A DNA stretch of 64,000 nt from Rubripirellula sp. GTDB lineage: Bacteria > Planctomycetota > Planctomycetia > Pirellulales > Pirellulaceae. The number at the start of each line of letters is the position of its first letter. Positions within the stretch are counted from its first letter, which is position 1. The DNA is taken from assembly GCA_965216875.1 (NCBI GenBank), contig OZ244207.1, positions 4,256,001 to 4,320,000 of the forward strand, in the 5' to 3' direction. The notes under the pieces are model-generated. The model was not told the DNA's origin. It saw only the letters and a program-made list of their open reading frames with translations, and did no database searches. Below, piece after piece: positions 59,836-64,000 of the stretch. The position numbers were made by a program, and so were the translations under genes.

Positions 59836-59869
59836 TGTCGCATTTGTGATACCTGATGTCGCAAACGTG
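59836..59869. promoter_or_regulatory. Direct-repeat operator (TGTCGCA-N3-GTG x2, 21-bp period)
   Basis: TGTCGCATTTGTG at 59836 and TGTCGCAAACGTG at 59857, between the regulator and the divergent operon. Confidence 0.65.
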
Positions 59870-59937
59870 GCTTGATATTGTAGCCGAAAGACCTAACTTG
59901 TCGTCTTTCCGATACTTTTTCGTCCCAAGGCCCGCCA

Positions 59938-60768
59938 ATGCTGATTGATAGTCACCATCACCTTTGGAAGTATTCGAGCGAAGAATACGGCTGGATCAGC
60001 GACGAAATGTCGGTTCTGAAGGCCGACTTTTTGTCCCCCGAACTGGCCGAGATCGCCGGCGAAAGTGGCGTCGACGGATTCGTCTCGGTGCAAGCCCGTC
60101 AAAGCGTCGAAGAAACGACAGCGTTGATTGACATCGCTGCAACCCAACCGCTCATTCGCGGTGTCGTCGGCTGGGTCCCCCTTGCCGATGCAAACGTCGG
60201 CAACGTGCTCGACCAGTTTGCCGGCGCCGAGGTGCTCAAAGGGGTTCGACACGTTGTGCAAGACGAGCCCGATGATCGCTTCATCATGGGTGACGACTTC
60301 AATCGAGGCGTCGCCCAGTTGAAAGAGCGTGGTCTGGTTTACGATGTTTTGATTTTTGCGAAGCAGTTGCCTGCGTCGATTGAGTTCGTTGATCGACACG
60401 CCGAGTTGCCGATGGTCCTCGACCACATCGCCAAGCCAACGATCCAATCGGCCGAATTCGATGCGTTTTGGGAAAAGCACTTCCGCGAGATCGCCAAACG
60501 CCCCAACCTGACCTGTAAATTCTCCGGGGTCGCAACCGAAGTTCGCGATGCGGAATGGTCGATCGATACCATTCGCCGCTATTGGGATGTCGCACTCGAA
60601 GCTTTCACACCCGATCGATTGATGTTCGGTAGCGATTGGCCCGTGTGCTTACTCCGAACGGGGCACAAACAGTGGCTCAATACGGTCAAAGAATTGGCCA
60701 GTGAATTGTCATCCGATGAACAAGCCGCCTTCTTCGGTGGCAACGCGATCAAAGCCTACAACCTTTGA
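59938..60768 (+). CDS. Amidohydrolase-family sugar lactonase (L-fucono/L-galactono-1,5-lactonase-like)
   Basis: IDSHHHLW, GVRH, VLDHIAKP, CKFSG, MFGSDWPVC. Confidence 0.88.
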   Translation: MLIDSHHHLWKYSSEEYGWISDEMSVLKADFLSPELAEIAGESGVDGFVSVQARQSVEETTALIDIAATQPLIRGVVGWVPLADANVGNVLDQFAGAEVLKGVRHVVQDEPDDRFIMGDDFNRGVAQLKERGLVYDVLIFAKQLPASIEFVDRHAELPMVLDHIAKPTIQSAEFDAFWEKHFREIAKRPNLTCKFSGVATEVRDAEWSIDTIRRYWDVALEAFTPDRLMFGSDWPVCLLRTGHKQWLNTVKELASELSSDEQAAFFGGNAIKAYNL

Positions 60769-60888
60769 TCAGTCCCCACGCTTGATGCAAATCACGAACG
60801 AAAAACGCAAGTCGCAAACGCATCACCAACCCTCCAATCCAAACACCATCTTCCAAAGATCCTTGATCGATAGGGATACCAACCAATC

Positions 60889-61914
60889 ATGCGTGCCATT
60901 CAAATCAGCGAAGTCAAAACGCTTCGCCAAATCGACATCGACGAACCAGCCGCACCCGGCCCAGGCCAAGCCTTGGTTCGGACTCACCGGATGGGCGTCT
61001 GTGGAACGGACATTTCTTGCTACTTGGGCAAATTCCCCTTCTTTGACTTTCCGCGAATCCCTGGTCACGAGCTTGGCGTCGAAGTCGTTGCAGTGGGCGA
61101 CGGCGTCACGAATGTCAAAGCAGGCGACAAATGCAGCATCGAACCCTACATGAACTGTGGCGAATGCTATGCGTGCAGGCGCGGTGCCATCAACTGCTGC
61201 CAAAACCTGAAAGTCATCGGCGTGATGATGGATGGCGGGTTGTGTGAATCGTTCTTAGTTCGCGCTGACAAACTTCATCCGTCGGCCAAGCTCAACTACG
61301 ACCAACTTGCATTGGTCGAGACTTTGGCGATCGGCTGTCACGCCAATGATCGTGGTGCTCCCGCAGGTGGCGACCATACATTGATCATCGGTATGGGACC
61401 GATTGGCTTGGCAACGCTCGAGTTCGCGCGGTTGACCGATGCCACCGTCAGCGTGATGGACATGAATCCCGATCGCCTTGAGTTTGTGCGTCAAACCTAC
61501 GGCATCGAGAACACGGTCTTGTTCAAAGGCGACGGCAGCGAAGTGGCTCGCATGCAAGAGCTGACCGGCGGCGACATGTACCAAGTCATCACCGACGCAA
61601 CCGGCAACAAGCATTCGATGGCCGGCGCCCTTCAATACATCGCGCCGACCGGGCGTTTGGTCTACGTCGGCATCACGACCGAGGAAGTCAGCTTCAAACA
61701 CCCCGTGATGCATCGGCCCGAAGCGTCGATCATGGCGTCGCGAAACGCATTGCCGCCCGATTTCACTCGTATCATCAGCCTCATCGAAGACGGCACGATC
61801 AACACCGATCCGTGGATCACACACCGCACCGGATTCGACACCGTTTTGAATGATTTCGAATCGTTCACCAAACCCGAAACTGGCGTGATCAAAGCGATCA
61901 TCGAAGTCGCCTAA
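60889..61914 (+). CDS. Zn-dependent dehydrogenase, L-galactonate 5-dehydrogenase (LgoD/YjjN)-like
   Basis: GVCGTD, PRIPGHE, CGECYACRRGAINCC, VETLAIG, ASRNA. Confidence 0.82.
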   Translation: MRAIQISEVKTLRQIDIDEPAAPGPGQALVRTHRMGVCGTDISCYLGKFPFFDFPRIPGHELGVEVVAVGDGVTNVKAGDKCSIEPYMNCGECYACRRGAINCCQNLKVIGVMMDGGLCESFLVRADKLHPSAKLNYDQLALVETLAIGCHANDRGAPAGGDHTLIIGMGPIGLATLEFARLTDATVSVMDMNPDRLEFVRQTYGIENTVLFKGDGSEVARMQELTGGDMYQVITDATGNKHSMAGALQYIAPTGRLVYVGITTEEVSFKHPVMHRPEASIMASRNALPPDFTRIISLIEDGTINTDPWITHRTGFDTVLNDFESFTKPETGVIKAIIEVA

Positions 61915-61988
61915 CGAGCCCACGTGTACTGGCTCGACTTAGATAAAACCCGTTCACCTTCCGACCCATCAACAACCAACGATCAATC

Positions 61989-63257
61989 ATGACAAAGAAA
62001 TGTGTTGCCCTCGGCATGACTCCTAGTTTCGGCTTTGGCGACCGAACCGGCTTGGCCACTCCCGGTCACGTTGCAGCAATGAAGCGTTGCGGCGAAGGGA
62101 TCGCTGCGATCTACCCGCAACAATCGATCCGCGAAATGACGCGAACTCAGCGCACACCGCAAGAGGTCATGGACGACGCCATGAACGCTGCCGAAGCGTG
62201 TGGCTGGACAGGTGACATTGGCGCCGACGCCGACCACTTGAAGGTCAACCAAGACGTCGACGTCACCGCTGCCGTCGGTTTCACCTTTTTCACGATCGAC
62301 CCTTCTGATGATGTCGACCAAAAGGCGGATGACTACGACGAAGCCACTTTGAAAGAGAAATTCGCAGCGAGCCAAGACGATGCCACTTGGTACAGCAACT
62401 ACCTGGGCAAATCGATCAAGCTCAGCACGGGCACCACGATCGAACTTGACGAACAAGCTTGCATGCGTGCCGCTGTGAAATACGGCAAAGCGATTTCGCG
62501 TGCGTTGAACCTTGGCAACTACATCAAGGAAGTCAACGAAAAGGCTGGCAACGATTACGAAATCGAACTGTCGGTCGACGAAACCGACCAGCCAACAACA
62601 TTGGCCGAACACTACATCATCGCTGATCAGTGTTTGCAGGGCGGCATGAAACTTGTCAGCCTCGCACCTCGCTTCATTGGTGACTTCGAAAAAGGTATCG
62701 ATTTCATCGGCGATCTGACCGCACTCGAAGCTTCGCTCAAGGATCACGCAGCCGTCGCGGAAACGCTCGGCCCTTACAAGCTGAGCCTCCACTCGGGTAG
62801 CGACAAGGTATCGATGTACGGTCTGCTGGCTGCGGCAACCAAAGGCAAGTTCCACGTCAAAACAGCCGGCACAAGCTACCTCGAAGCACTCCGCGTCGTC
62901 GCCCGCCACGATGCCGCAGCGTTCCGCGAGATCATCGACTTCTCGCGTGAGCGATACGACACCGACAAGGCGACGTACCACGTCTCGGCAACACTCGCCG
63001 ATGCTCCTTTGACCAGCGAAGCGGACGACGCGACGCTTGAAAGCGAGTACTTGGAAATGTGGAGCGATGTTCCCGTCGGAAAAGGCTTCACCAAACCAGG
63101 CCGTCAAATCTTGCACTGCACCTTCGGATCGGTGTTGACCGACGAGAAATTCGGCAAGATCGTTCACGATTGTCTGAAAGCACACCCCGACACCTACATT
63201 GAAGTTTTGGACGACCACTTCGGCCGTCACCTCGACGCGCTGCGAAGCGGCATGTAA
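61989..63257 (+). CDS. uxaE: Tagaturonate/fructuronate epimerase
   Basis: SFGFGDRTGLATPGH, QQSIREMTRT, GADADHLK, SLHSGSDK, HVKTAGTSYLEALR. Confidence 0.9.
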   Translation: MTKKCVALGMTPSFGFGDRTGLATPGHVAAMKRCGEGIAAIYPQQSIREMTRTQRTPQEVMDDAMNAAEACGWTGDIGADADHLKVNQDVDVTAAVGFTFFTIDPSDDVDQKADDYDEATLKEKFAASQDDATWYSNYLGKSIKLSTGTTIELDEQACMRAAVKYGKAISRALNLGNYIKEVNEKAGNDYEIELSVDETDQPTTLAEHYIIADQCLQGGMKLVSLAPRFIGDFEKGIDFIGDLTALEASLKDHAAVAETLGPYKLSLHSGSDKVSMYGLLAAATKGKFHVKTAGTSYLEALRVVARHDAAAFREIIDFSRERYDTDKATYHVSATLADAPLTSEADDATLESEYLEMWSDVPVGKGFTKPGRQILHCTFGSVLTDEKFGKIVHDCLKAHPDTYIEVLDDHFGRHLDALRSGM

Positions 63258-63264
63258 TCGACAC

Positions 63265-64000
63265 ATGTCAACAAGCACGCATCAAACGTTCGGAAACACG
63301 GGGCTGAAAATGCCCCGTGTTGTTTTTGGGGCAACCGTCCTGGGCAACCTGTTTGTCGCCATGACCGACAAACAGAAACATGCCCTCGTCGGTGAGTGGA
63401 TGGCGCAGATGCCAAAGCCTGTCGCCATCGACAGCGCCGGCAAATACGGCGCCGGCCTCTCGCTTGAAGTCATTGCCAGAGAACTCGCCGCGTACGGCAT
63501 CGCCCCTGATGATGTCATCATCAGCAACAAACTCGCATGGCGGCGCGTGCCGCTGACCGCGGACGAGCCAACGTTTGAACCAGGCGTCTGGATCGACATC
63601 AATCACGATGCGGTCCAAGACATCAGTTACGAAGGAATCTTGCGCTGCTACGACGACGGCAACGCAACGCTTTCGCCCTATGCTTCGCAGCTGGTCGCAC
63701 TGCACGACCCAGACGAATACCTTGCGGCCGCGACCGACGAAGACGACCGCATCAAACGGCTTGACGACCTCAAGGGCGCCCACCGCGCGTTGGTCGAACT
63801 GCGCGACGCCGGAAAGATTGCAGGCGTCGGAATCGGCGCGAAAGATTGGCGCGTGATTGGCGAGCTGGACCAAGAGTGCGCGTTCGACTGGGTGATGATG
63901 GCGAACTCGTTCACCGTGATGAATCATCCAACCGAATTGGTCGCCTTGATCGATTCACTGGCCAGCCGAAATGTCGGCATCATCAATTCAGCGGTGACGC
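63265..64000 (+). CDS. Aldo/keto reductase, aldose 1-dehydrogenase-like (truncated by the window end)
   Basis: MSTSTHQTFGNTGLKMPRVVFGATVLGNLF...IDSAGKYGAG...ISNK...LHDPDE; 7 nt after the uxaE stop; absent from the ORF track because it has no stop in the window. Confidence 0.88.
   Translation, partial: MSTSTHQTFGNTGLKMPRVVFGATVLGNLFVAMTDKQKHALVGEWMAQMPKPVAIDSAGKYGAGLSLEVIARELAAYGIAPDDVIISNKLAWRRVPLTADEPTFEPGVWIDINHDAVQDISYEGILRCYDDGNATLSPYASQLVALHDPDEYLAAATDEDDRIKRLDDLKGAHRALVELRDAGKIAGVGIGAKDWRVIGELDQECAFDWVMMANSFTVMNHPTELVALIDSLASRNVGIINSAVT

Overview
GC-rich chromosomal region, most likely from a Planctomycete of the Pirellulaceae (Rhodopirellula/Stieleria/Rubripirellula-like). This is inferred from gene content: an isolated murB-ftsQ pair, H4MPT/methanofuran-type genes, a multiheme cytochrome c-TPR protein and dense GTAG-type REP repeats. 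The window holds about 57 protein genes and tRNA-Cys and tRNA-Ser. Housekeeping genes include mutS, upp, tkt, surE, guaA, ettA and a sufR-sufC-sufB-sufD-DUF59 operon. No transposase, integrase, prophage or CRISPR array is seen. The most interesting signals are: (1) an XylR-type-regulated operon that looks like oxidative L-galactose/L-galactonate catabolism routed through the epimerase UxaE, with a 21-bp-spaced operator; (2) a multi-branch structured RNA upstream of the rhlE-csp cold-shock pair and a second, possibly pseudoknotted, structure downstream of it; (3) an iron island (hemP, atypical bacterioferritin, an unknown 97-aa protein, 2Fe-2S ferredoxin) with four copies of a Fur-box-like palindrome; (4) several coexisting REP families, some of which supply gene stop codons; (5) apparent pseudoenzymes (MurB, a thioredoxin-domain lipoprotein). 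All product calls come from motif recognition by eye, not from database searches.
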